A model generated the notes under the pieces. The model had not been told where the DNA came from, ran no database searches, and was given only the letters and a program-made list of their open reading frames with translations. A stretch of 64,000 bases of DNA from Batkoa obscura (taxonomy: Eukaryota): NCBI GenBank assembly GCA_030770535.1, contig JASVEC010000017.1, forward strand, positions 992,001 to 1,056,000, read 5' to 3'. The position numbers were made by a program, and so were the translations under genes. Position 1 is the first letter of the stretch, and each line of letters starts with the position of its first letter. Shown here one piece after another: positions 1-13,955 of this stretch.

Positions 1-376
1 CACCTAACTTCATTCGATGAACAGCTGATAATACTTTTCCTAACTCAGTCGTAAGAGTAACTAATACTTCTGGGCTATTGGAAGTAATAATAAATTGTTT
101 TTTAATATAGAATATAGAAATCAATTATGTTTTTCTTACCCTTTATTAGCCATTGATAATACCCCAACAGTATTTTCTGGATTTGAGCCTGTTTTACTAC
201 GAAATAATATGTTTAAAGTATCAGCTTGTGCTTCTAAACGAGTTGGTGTAAAGTCCCCATTCCTCATCCATTCGGAGTTATCTAACCTTTTTTTATTTAA
301 AAAAATATGATTAATAACTTATCTTTTATGTTACTATTTATTCTATTTACACTATCATGGTTGCTTCTAAGACCAT
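1..376 (-). CDS. RPN10: 26S proteasome regulatory subunit Rpn10 (vWA domain), 5' part; runs off the window edge
   Basis: Three spliced exons read [29 protein letters not shown]...[30 protein letters not shown], the Rpn10/PSMD4 N-terminus; GT-AG introns. Confidence 0.95.
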
Positions 377-671
377 CTTTTTTGGTTGATTTGTTTTTAA
401 AAAAAAGTTGCTTTTGAATTAGAAAATGAGCTTTTAACAAATTTTTATTACAGCTTTAAGAGCAACTCTAATTCTATACTAACTAAGCTGCAACTTTTTA
501 AGCTTTTAAAACCAATCAAATTCCATTAATTTAAAAAATTCCAACTTACTTTGGTTTCATTTGATCCTTAAATTTTGCATTAAATAGTAGGCAACGTAAT
601 CAAATGAATAGAAAATAAAAACAACATTCAACCAAGCTTTCAAAATTTTAATTAAAATAAAAGGATAAAAG

Positions 672-1757
672 ATGAGTCGAAGTGCAGGATATGACCGCCA
701 TATTACTATCTTTTCTCCAGAAGGGAGACTTTATCAAGTTGGTAAATATCCAATTAATGATAGAAATATAATAATAAAATTTATAATCTACGAATACTTA
801 TTAACATTTCTCCTTGATTTAGAATATGCTTTTAAAGCTATAGCTAATTCTAATATGACTTCAGTAGCTATTCGTGGTAAAGATAGTGCCGTTATTATAA
901 CTCAAAAAAAAATACCTGTAAGTTATAAAAAAATCATAAAGCTTTTAATAGATTATTTATATTGATCCATTTCCTTTAGGATAAGCTTATGGATCCTTCT
1001 TCTGTTACTCATATCTTTCAAATTACACCAACTATTGGTTGTGTTATGACTGGATTAATAGGTAAGTTGAATACTTTTCACTAGGGGATTAGGCAATGAG
1101 CTATTATTTATTTTATTTAATAGCTGATGCTCGGGCACAAATAACTCAGGCACGTCAGGAAGCTGCTAATTTTCGTTATAAGTTTGGATATGAAATAAGT
1201 CCAGATTTATTAGCTAAACGTATGGCTAGTAAAAATCAAATTTATACACAACATGCTTATATGAGACCATTAGGTGTTTGTAAGTTTTTTAGTTTTTCAT
1301 TTAATAGTTTTATAATGATGGAAGTTAATTAAATATTTTTTTAAAACAATAAGCAATGATGATCGTTGGTATGGATGAAGAACTTGGTCCCCAGCTTTTT
1401 AAAGTCGATCCAGCTGGTTATTATATAGCTTATAAAGCAAGTGGTGCTGGTACTAAACAACAAGATGTGATTAATTATTTGGAAAAAAAATTAAAAAAAG
1501 AGAAAGAACTTAATGAAGAAGAAACTATTGAGGTAAGGCAATTCTATTATTTAGATACATTTATTGATTAACTGATTAAATTATTTTTCTTTTCTTTTTT
1601 TTAGTTGGCTATCAATACCTTATCTTCCGTTTTAGCTATCGATTTTAAAGCTAATGAAATTGAAATTGGGGTGGCTGATAAAAGTAGCAAGAAATTTCAT
1701 GTGTTATCTACTGAAGAAATTACTGAGCATTTACAACGTATGGCTGAAAAGGATTAG
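672..1757 (+). CDS. SCL1: 20S proteasome alpha subunit type 6 (alpha1), 6 exons
   Basis: [30 protein letters not shown] signature, [18 protein letters not shown]; ends AEKD-TAG at 1757. Confidence 0.95.
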
Positions 1758-1956
1758 TGCTATTTTTTTGAGAATTTGAATCATATCAAATAAATTTTTA
1801 TTAAAAAAGAATATGAAGTTTTTTTATTTTAATTTAATGAGAATTCATAGCATTTCTTTTTAAAAAATTCAGGACTATTTTCTGCAGAAAATAAGGAGTA
1901 TTTGTAAAAAAAATAGGCGAATTTACTCAAATCTAATCTTAACTTTATAAACACTA

Positions 1957-2702
1957 ATGTCGAACTATAATCGTAAAGAATTACCCTCTGTGCAGTAATG
2001 ACTTATTTAAAAAGCCCTTCAATTCATAATAAACTAATTTTAACACTGCAGATATTATAAAAAATTACGAGGTAATACAGGTGGTTCTGGTGGTAATAAT
2101 AATAGTACTCAAAGGTGTCAAGTAAGCCAATATCAAATAAATCTGTAATATAAACTTTATTAAATATAAAAATGATAGAGATGTAATGAATATGGACATT
2201 GGGTAAGTCGATTTTATTTTACACATTAATAAAAGGAATATGGAGATTAATATCTAATTCAATAGTCTTATGAATGTAAAAAAGAACATAAATATTTATA
2301 TCGACCATCTCGAACAAAACAACTAGAAAAACCAGAGTTAATAGAATTACCAAGTGATCTACAAAAAGAAGAAGAGATTCAAAAGTGAGTTATTGATATA
2401 GTTTATTATTTGAATTTTGTAATAGCTCTTATTCAAATAGACCCAACAAAATAACCACGGATGATATTAAAAGAAAAATTCTAGCAAATATGAGGTAATA
2501 TATAATAAATTGTTTTTTTTTCATCAATTTTTTTGTTAATTAAATTATTAGTGATAGTTCTGACTCTGATGAAGATTCAGATTCAGATTCAGATTTAGAA
2601 GAAAAGGAAGAGTTGGGAGGTCGATCCGATTCAGAGAATTCCGATTCCGATGAATCAACCTCTTCCGATAAATCATTACAAAAAAGAAAAAGAGACGACT
2701 AA
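1957..2702 (+). CDS. Zinc-knuckle protein, ZCCHC10-like, multi-exon, with acidic/Ser-rich tail
   Basis: Spliced exons give [32 protein letters not shown] (CX2CX4HX4C followed by Y..RPSRT); absent from the ORF track because the exons are short. Confidence 0.85.
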
Positions 2703-3878
2703 GTTAATAAAAGTTATTTAACTGATGGCTTAGCTTGTATTATGGTACGGATTTTAATATAATTTATTAAAGTTTCGAATTATTCACTATGTTTTGGATT
2801 CAATTTTAAATTGATTATTATGACAGTAAAGTTTGTTTTTCAAATATATGGATTAGATGGTTTTAATTTAACGTTTTATTGATATTTATTAAAATTGCGC
2901 AATATTTCATTACTACTTTTATCATTATTAATACAAATATACTAATGACGTTATCTCTGGTACATTTCCGAATGTATCTATTGCCTTTTTTTTAATTTTT
3001 CGTTACTTCAACAAAAATTCAAAATAAAAGTTACTTTTGAACAAGGTTATATTAATTACTCTCGATAATTTAATTAGACTAGAGTAACTTTTTATATAAG
3101 TTTTCTTGAAGAGATTTTTAAAAAACGCCAATAATACAATCAGAACTGTATGCTGATTAGGTATTATGATCATACATAGCTATCTAATGTAATAAACACT
3201 ACCTAGCTTACTACCAATATCTATAATTGATAGCTCCCCTTAACTTAGAATTATAAGTGCTTTTATGATTAGAATAAAGCTAATTACTTCCAAAGGAATA
3301 TCAGTTTCTTAAAACAATCTAATATCTAAAACAACATAGTTTTAGAATATAATAAAAGTTGATTTAAAGTTTCTAACAGATCGACTTTATTATATTTAAT
3401 ATACATTATTATATAACAATTATTAGTCCATTCCTGCCTATTTAATGAGATCCAGGAATCTCAATTTTACAATAGAAAAGATCCCTTTTTATATGAAGTC
3501 AAGTATTTTTTTAATAAAAGATCAGCATTCACCCAAATAGATAATTCATTTTTTTTAAAATAGGACTACTCAATTTTTTAGAATATGAAAAGGTGGTTAA
3601 ATCCTTTAGAAAGAGTTATAAGTATAAATTCAAATAACATAATCACTTTTGGAAGCTATAACTCATACCAATATAATTTTGGGTTGAGATCATGAGTCCT
3701 TCTACATGCGTCATACTACAAGTTCTCCAACCATTCAAAACTAGGCAAAAGCGATTAGTATAAAAGGCTAAAATTATACTGATATGCGTACATCAACTCT
3801 TTCTATTATTTTAAATGTAGGTTTCTAGTTTTTTTAATTTTTTTATAAATTGATTATTAACTTTAATAGCATAAAATA

Positions 3879-4288
3879 GTGATATCAAATCCGATATCTA
3901 TTAACCTCGAGTGTATTCAAAAGCTTCAAGAACTTACAAAAGTTAGAAATATCAAGGGCATAATTTACAGCATTTCTAATGATTCTACGGAGATTATTAT
4001 TGAATCTACATTTGAATCTGATGATTATGAAAGTTTCATAAATAACTTTCCAGAAAATGAACCTCAATATGCCCTTCATAACTTTGCCTATGAAACAAAT
4101 AATGGAGATAAAAAATCTTCTGTATTTCCTGGTACCCAGATCCTGCCAACCCTAGATCAAAGATGTTTTACTCTGTTAATGATCCAACTTTACTAACTCT
4201 CCTTGCTTGTTCTAGAGTTATGATTATAGCTTCTCAAGTTTATGACTTGGGTCGTTCTTGTGTTCTTAGAAAAATCACCCATAGTTAA
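3879..4288 (+). pseudogene. Divergent cofilin/ADF with a frameshift at A6 (4110-4115); start codon unclear
   Basis: The ORF is cofilin-like up to YALHNFAYETNNGDK. The shifted frame continues KIFCISWYPDPANPRSKMFYS...VLRKITHS-TAA, matching the cofilin KIVF..W.PD.A..RSKM.Y motif. Confidence 0.75.
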
Positions 4289-4352
4289 TATTAAGCTGCT
4301 AAATTTAATTAGTTTTAACTTGGGTTAAACTCGTTTTTTAAATACATAAATG

Positions 4353-5302
4353 AATAAATAAAGTATTTTAATATTATAATTACATTATTAATATATCACT
4401 AAGTTAATAAATAGCTGTATAAGAGGGAGTGGTTAGCCTTAAAACTATAGTTATCCATTTTTATGTAATACAAGCAATATAATAATAGTTTTTATCTATT
4501 ATTATAACTGCTTGCTCTTTAACTATTTATTAGCTTAGCTATCAATAATTTAAGTAATATTAACATTTGGGGATGTATTTTTTTGTTTAAGAATTCTACT
4601 AACAAACTTTCCGCTCAAATAGTGCTTAAAAATGGAAAAAATAATGAAGCTAAAAAAAACACCCCCATTTAATGATAGATTTCTATCATTTAGTAAACTA
4701 CTTTACTTGCTTAGTAAATATTAAGGCTTTCGAATTTTTGTTATTTTTGTAAAATAAGCCAGGGTTAATCTTTTAATTTTTTTATTTTCTGTAAACTTTA
4801 TAACCTTAATTGGAATTATATTAGATCTTTTTGATTTATCGAATACTGTATAATAATATAGTTTATTATTATATTTAATAAAATATAAATGCTCTTTAAT
4901 ACCTTGTATCTTTATTTGTTTTTTTACATTTTTTAAAAATCAGATCTGTTTCCCTATTATTAACAATTGAGTTATTAATTTTATTATATTTATAAATAAA
5001 AACCTCAAATTTTGAAATTAATTGATTAATATTTTTTATTTTACTTAATGCTTCAATATTATCTTTCTACTATGAAATATTTTTAAAATGCCTATCAATT
5101 ATACTTTTTACATAGTGCTTAGCAAAAGAATTAAAATTAATATTTAAACTACTATTTGCTTTATAATTTTTTTAAATATATAATATAAAAACTTTAAGAT
5201 TTGAAATAATTTTTTACATCTGCTTATATATTAATTTTTATAAATCTTTTAAATAAAAGCTTTTTAGATATTAAATCAATTAAACAATCTCCTGCATATA
5301 GG
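4353..5302 (-). mobile_element. Truncated, degenerate copy of the Sola2-like element (3' half of transposase plus part of the 3' region)
   Basis: Reverse complement aligns to about 62115-62990; many stops; no TIR retained. Confidence 0.9.
4569..4666 (+). mobile_element. 98-bp MITE inserted in the Sola relic
   Basis: GGGGATGT...ACACCCCC termini; ATTT duplicated; the empty site in the young element (about 59887-59890) has a single ATTT. Confidence 0.92.
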
Positions 5303-5766
5303 TGTGAAAGTTGGTACTCAGTGATAGGAGTTAAAAGTAGTTCTTAGTTGATTAACTTACCTTGAGTCGAACGGTCTTAGTTTATGTAACTAAGATAGAC
5401 TTAAATGAATAAGAATAATACGTAATAAGCTACGAACTATGTAAAACAGATAGAATAGACAATACTACTGTAAAATCTACGTAAGATGCTGTCAGAAAGA
5501 CTTAGTGACTTTACTAATAGTACGATATCAGGGAGTAATTCAGTTAAAAAGCCTCGAGTTATCATGTTGAAGAATCTCTTTTATACTCCAACAAGTATGG
5601 ATATCAGAACAAGAGGATAATATTGTTTGCAATATGAAGTTATAAATTCTCGTAGCAAATCAAAATAAGGGACTCTGGCTTAATTGTGTTTGAATTTGAG
5701 AACACAGCAACTTAAGTGACTGTTGTGTTATAATCAATCCGAGAGCTGATAAACTAATATTTTACA
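5303..5766 (-). mobile_element. Solo LTR (~464 bp), no matching TSD
   Basis: TGTGAAA...TTTTACA ends; similar to five other copies in the window. Confidence 0.8.
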
Positions 5767-6599
5767 ACTATAAAGCTGGTAAAGTAACATTTTATATAAG
5801 TCATTTATATATTATAAATGATAAACTGAATTAAATATTATTATTTAAAAATTAAAATTTTATTTTATATTAAAAAATTAAAAAATGATAAAACTTAAAA
5901 AAACTTTAAAAACTTTAATAAATTTAATAATATAAATTAAATAATTATCAATATTAAATAATTAATTTATGTATTAGTATATTTTTAGAAATAAAAAAAT
6001 AATTTAAAGCTCTAAATTTTATTTTTAAAAGATTAATTAAATTTTATTTTTTAAACTTACTTAAATTAAAAACTAAGTTAAGAATTTTAATTTTAAGTAA
6101 AATAAAATAACAAAAACCAAAAAAAATTATTAAATTTAATAATTAATTAAAAATATTAATAAAAAAACACTAAAACAACTATTTATTAATTATAATAATA
6201 TATATTATAGCTTTTTTTTAAGCAATAAAAAGTTTAAAAAAAGCAGTAAATATAGTAGGAATAAGCTTTTGAAGAACTAAAAAATTAAAAAATCGCTTAT
6301 TAAAAGTCACATTAAAGCAAGTAGAAATCTTAAAAATATTTTATTAAAGCTAATAACTAAAAAAATTTACAAAATAAATAGCAAAATATTAATAAAAAAA
6401 AGTTTATAAAACAATCAAACTAGTGTCTAAATAAATGATAAAACAACCATAATAAAGCTTAATAAAACAATAATAATAAATGATAATATAGGTATTTAAG
6501 GAAATAAAAAAATAAATAAAAGAAAACTTTTCAAAAATATAATAAAATAGATAATATTACAATAAACAATTTAATAGCCCTAATTAAAGATTAAGAAAT

Positions 6600-7290
6600 G
6601 TTTATAAAAGATATAATAAAACATGTGCCTGCTAATTACAATAAAATATATACAATTATTTGAAACAAAAAAAATCCAGTAAGAGTCTGGAAATAGAAAG
6701 TAAGGCAGCATCTGGTTATTTGGTTTCGATAAAACAAGCTACATTGGAAATTGAGAAGATTATTAAAAAAAATACCAAGCTTAATTTAGACCAAATATAA
6801 AAGATACTGTATGATTGAGTAGGTATTAAATCAAAGCTGTCTTTAATAAAAAGTGCATTGGGATCACTAAAAGTGACTTTTAGAAGCTTAAGCTGTGTTT
6901 CGAACAAAATAAATAAAGAGTTTATTATACCTAAAAGAGCAGAATACGCTATAGATTTTGTTTAACATTGTTTTAAAAACATTGATGAGTGTTTATTCAT
7001 GAATCCGGACTCAATTTTCATTTAAATGAAATAACTTTGTAACAACTTGGTTGAAACAAAGTGCCGATAGCTATTCTAACTACAAAAGATGATAAAAAAC
7101 ATTGGTATTAGCAACATCTCTAAAAAGTATATTATATTATACTATATTTAATGAGATACATAAAAGTACTGATCTTGTTAAATTCCTTATAAAATTGATA
7201 AGTATCCTCGATAAAAATAAGAGCATGTATGAGTGTCATATAATGTTAAATAATACTAAAATGTGTGGTGTTAGGAAGCAAGAAGATTTT
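6600..7290 (+). pseudogene. Degenerate Tc1/IS630-like (DDE_3) transposase relic
   Basis: Broken frames give IKSKLSLIKSAL...VTFRSL...KRAEYA...FIHESGLNFHL (compare FIDESGFNLH) and LVKFLIKLISILD...CHIMLNN (compare IVMDNA); boundaries approximate. Confidence 0.6.
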
Positions 7291-7641
7291 TAAATGGCAC
7301 TAGGCGCTAACCACACCTTTTTTTACACTGTTCTTATATGCTAAACCCTTCAAAGCGACTTTTTTCACTGATTAAGAGTTTTATTAAGACTTGTTTGTCA
7401 TTAAGTTTGAATACACCCCAAGCTGTAAAAATTAATGTCCAAAGCATTATTAAGCATCCAATTTTAAAAATTAGTAGGTTAGACTACGTAGATTATTTTG
7501 ATTATATGACAGAAAATATATCATTAGCTCTACAAAGTGTTTTTTTGAGTAAATAGGATTAGTGTAGATAATTCGCATAGCCATTTTAATATTTGCTCTA
7601 TATAGTTATTACTGGTTTTATTATAATTTTTACTATAATGT

Positions 7642-7738
7642 GGGGGTGTTTTTTTGGCTTCATCACTTTTTCATTTTTTAAGCGCTATTTGAGTAGAAAG
7701 GTTATCAGTAAAATTCTTAAACAAAAAAATACATCCCT
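7642..7738 (-). mobile_element. 98-bp MITE
   Basis: Family match, GGGGGTGT terminus. Confidence 0.85.
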
Positions 7739-8775
7739 ATACACTAATTTGGACTTTTTTAATATGAAAAATTACATTTTATTAATCATTATATATATGG
7801 TAACAGTTTATCAAAACGGTTGTTTTTTAAATAATTGGAAGAATCTTGAAATAAACTAATGCTTTTAGCAGAACATCAATATACATAACTGAATCGATTA
7901 TTTTTTGACTTTTTTCCGTCAATTCGTTTTTTATTTTATTATTAACTTCACTTAACATAAAATTCACGTTTAAAAAGCGGCTAAACTAGAAAACTTTAGG
8001 TTATTACCAGCTAGACATAAATGATAAAAACTATACTCATATAATCCTGCTAATAAAACATTCAACTACGCTCCTCTCTAAAAGAGGTGTGCCTTTTATA
8101 TGAAATTGAAGGCTTTTATTTTAGGGTTTTTATTTTTACTTAGTGATATATTTTTAGCAATAGTATCTCAGTTTATTAAAATAGTTTACATATTTAATTT
8201 CAAAAGGATGAAAGTATTCGTATGATTAAAAATTGAATTATTTATATTATATGAACTATGATATTTATTTTGTTTCAGCTTCCTTGTCTTAATTTTATAT
8301 TGTTTTTTCCACACTTTTTATTATTCTCTGGTTAGTTTTTTAATTGAAAACACCATTAACGCTGGCTTTATTTTTTAAATAAATATTTGATGCTTTTTAA
8401 ATTTAGCCTTAGTTGCTCATATATTATTCCCTTTCATTGAGTGATACTCTATATAACAATAATACAGGATCTATAAGTATAGTATATATGTGGTCTTTAT
8501 AAAATATATCATTTGAAATATAATTTATAATAATTTATAACTTAAATTTGAATTCTTAGCATTTATTTTAATGACGTGAAAGCAATAGTTTGGTTAGTTT
8601 AATGATCATAGAAATGATTGGTCTAATTAAGTTTAATTAGCTATTATTTTCGGTTCAACATCATATGATTTATTTTAATTGGTCAAATTTCACTTTTTAA
8701 AGTTTCGAACTTATGGATCTAAAAAGCTAAAAGTGGCTATTTTTAAGGGTATCATTTTTAACTCAATACTAAAAG

Positions 8776-10865
<2,090 letters not shown>

Positions 10866-11210
10866 ATAATTCTGAAATAAAGAATTAGTTTTTAAAACAA
10901 TTTTAATTGTATACTTTTATCTCATCACTATTCATTTGGGGATGTCCGAATTGGCTCATGATTTAATTAGAAATTAATCCAAATTTTAAGTTTTTAAATT
11001 TGTAAGTCTTTAATGTATAATTAATTAAATTTAAAAAGCTTAAAATTCAGATTAATTTTTAATTTAGAAGACTTATTTTAATTGTTTTATTTTTTTAATT
11101 ATGTGTTTTATATTATTTTATTGAATGTTTAATAACTATATAATATATAAATATATAGTTACTTGACTTGACTTTTTATTAAAATAAAAACAAAATCCAA
11201 GCTTTCATAA

Positions 11211-11309
11211 GAGGATGTATTTTTGTATTTAAGAATTTTACTAACAATCTTTCCGCTCAAATAGTGCTTAAAAGGTGGAAAAAATAATGAAACTAAAAAA
11301 AACATTCTC
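11211..11309 (+). mobile_element. 98-bp MITE at the start of the transposase remnant
   Basis: ATAA duplicated; single ATAA in the intact element. Confidence 0.88.
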
Positions 11310-11321
11310 ATAATTAAACTT

Positions 11322-11784
11322 TGTGAAATATTGCTTTATTTAGCTCTCGGATTGATTATAACCAACAATCACTTAAGTTGCTGTGTTCTCAAGTTCAAAT
11401 ACAATCAAGTCAGAGTCCCTTATTTTGATTTGCTGCGAGAATTTCTAACTTCATATTGCAAGGAATAACATCCTCTCGTTTTAATATCCATACTTATTGG
11501 AGTATAAAAGAGATTCTTCAACATGATAACTCGAGGCTTTTTAATTGAATTACTTCCTGATAACGTATCATTAATAAAGTCACTAAGTCTTTCTGACAAC
11601 ATCTTATATAGATTTTACGGTAGTATCTTCCATTGTATTTGTTTACATAATTCGTAGCCTATTACGTACTATTTCTATTAAGTTAAGTCTATCTTAGTTA
11701 CATAAACTAAGACCGTTCGACTCAAGGCAAGTTAATTAAGCAAGAGTAGCTTTTAACTTCGACCACTAAGTATCAACTTTCACA
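11322..11784 (+). mobile_element. Solo LTR (463 bp)
   Basis: TGTGAAA...TTTCACA; ACTT duplicated (single in the intact Sola element); internal TATAAAAG then AATAAA. Confidence 0.88.
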
Positions 11785-12839
11785 ACTTCAAAATTCCATT
11801 TTGAAGAATTTTAATACAGTAGGGAGAAGCACACTATGTAAACATTATAATTGATTTACATTAATTTTAACAACTGTTTATAATAACTCAGAGTTTATGA
11901 AATTTTATAATAATAATAATAATAAACTTAATCAAGCAATATATAAAATTAGTGCTTTAAGGGAAACAGGAAACAAAAACCAACAAGTAACATTATTATC
12001 AACTATAGCTTCAGTATATTATTTTAATGAATGTAAAAGTTTTGGATTTAATATAAGTAGAAATCAATATGATTATTCAAAAATAATTAATAATAATATA
12101 ATATCAACGTTATAACCTATTATTAAAAATACGAAAAAAATTAAAGATGAGCAAATTAAAATTATTATACAATATTTAATAATTCAACTATTTTATCAAG
12201 ATTTAATTAAAAAAATAATGATAATAAATATTTATCAGATAATATATATATCAGATAAAAGTAGAAGAATGATATAGTAAATATTTTAATGATCTAAATA
12301 ATAAAAGCTGTATAATAATTTTAGACTTTAAACAAAATATGGGAATAGGAACAAGGCCAGATTCAATAAATTTAAATCATTATAACAAATAAGCTATATC
12401 AATATTAGGGTTTGGTGTTTTATATTTAAAAAATGATAAAATGATAACCAAGATTTATTTTGATTAATTATTTAAAATATTAAATTATGATTTAATATCT
12501 AAAAAGCTTTTGTTTAAAAGGTTTACAAAAATTAATATATAAGCAGATATAAAAAATATAAAAAAACAGAAATATAAAAAAACAAATAAAGATACAAGGT
12601 ATTAAAAAGTATTTATATTTTATTTTATTAAATATAATAATAAACTATATTATTATACAGTATTCGATAAATCAAAAAGATCTAATATAATTCCAATTAA
12701 GGTTATAAAGTTTACAGAAAATAAAAAAATTAAAAGATTAACCCTGGCTTATTTTACAAAAATAACAAAAATTCGAAAGCCTTAATATTTACTAAGCAAG
12801 TAAAGTAGTTTACTAAATGATAGAAATCTATCATTAAAT

Positions 12840-12937
12840 GGGGGTGTTTTTTTTAGCTTCATTATTTTTTCCATTTTTAAGCACTATTTGAGCGGAAAGT
12901 TTGTTAGTAGAATTCTTAAACAAAAAAATACATCCCC
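12840..12937 (-). mobile_element. 98-bp MITE, same insertion site as 4569-4666
   Basis: AAAT TSD; reverse complement of 4569-4666. Confidence 0.92.
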
Positions 12938-13861
12938 AAATGTTAATATTACTTAAATTATTGATAGCTAAGCTAATAAATGGTTAAAGAGCAAGCAGTT
13001 ATAATAATAAATAATAAATAAAAACTATTATTATATTGCTTGTATTACATAAAAATGGATAACTATAGTTTTAAGGCTAACCACTCCCTCTTATACAGCT
13101 ATTTATTAACTTAGTGATATATTAATAATGTAATTATAATATTAAAATACTTTATTTATTTGATACCAAATCTCCAATGTTGGCTATAAAGCAGTTAATA
13201 ATAAATATTTTTTGATGAAGTTTTATAGAAATATGTATTTATTTACATATTACAACTTTGATTAATATCAATATGTAGGTCATATTAGTAAAGGCCTTGC
13301 TAATACAGGAATTTCTATTAAATTTAATAGAAATTCCGCTAACTTACGATATAAATTATAATAAAATTAAATCTGGTCGCAGGTATTTCTGCTTAATAAA
13401 GAATTTGCTTTATAGAATTTTAAGCAAAGTTTTTAAAAATTGGATAAAAAAATGAAACCAATTCGGACATCCCCATATAGCTGTTAGAATCTTTAAACCT
13501 ATATATTACGGTTCTACTGGTAGATTGGTTTTTTTTTTGCTAAATTTAATTAAATTTCTGCTATTTATAATACCATGCTTATCTGATTTTAATACATTAT
13601 TCAATAAAAGTACGATATAAATATTATTTACAGAGAGTTTTTCAAACTGTAATATTTATTCTAAAGTTTTGTGCGTTTTTAGATTACAACTTTAAGATCT
13701 AAATAAAACATTAACCACTATTTTCAATTGATAATTTGACTTTGTGAAAACATCTTAATCATTTAGATGGATATTTTTATTGTTTAACCAAGTTACATTC
13801 GAAGATTTAGTAATCATTTCTAGTTTCTAGCTAAACAATTTACAGCTCAGATTAATCAAAT

Positions 13862-13955
13862 GGGGATGCCTCTTTTTCTTTGAGAGATTTACTAACATAT
13901 TTTCCACTCAATAGTGAAAAATTGAAAAAAGTGATGAAATAAAAAAAACACCCCC
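13862..13955 (+). mobile_element. 98-bp MITE
   Basis: Family match, both termini present. Confidence 0.85.

Larger units (their letters stand above)
10938..13474 (+). mobile_element. Degenerate, internally deleted Sola2-like element with both TIRs, carrying nested insertions
   Basis: GGGGATGTCCGAATTGG...CCAATTCGGACATCCCC; flanks ATTT/ATAT; transposase remnant (ORF 11897-12115) matches the 61082 ORF. Confidence 0.92.

Noticed and set aside
95..310. 71-aa plus-strand ORF
   Set aside because: Antisense to RPN10 exon 2
5767..6600. Extremely A-rich, coding-like decayed sequence (also about 20200-21480)
   Set aside because: Probably old transposase relics, but too degenerate to assign
7593..7859. 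Similar short ORFs at 7593, 24527 and 53062 (WGCFF...FFKRYLS.K) as a small-protein family
   Set aside because: The shared part is the MITE read in frame
11420..11602. 60-aa ORF
   Set aside because: Lies antisense within a solo LTR; not kept open in the other copies
11897..12300. RIP-like hypermutation of old transposon copies
   Set aside because: Many GC-to-AT changes versus the young copy, but I see no consistent dinucleotide context, and transversions and reverse changes occur; general AT bias suffices without a proper count
13308..13338. Perfect ~30-bp palindrome GGAATTTCTATTAAATTTAATAGAAATTCC as a terminator
   Set aside because: It is a subterminal part of the Sola element and is imperfect in the other copies; intrinsic terminators are not expected in this eukaryotic context
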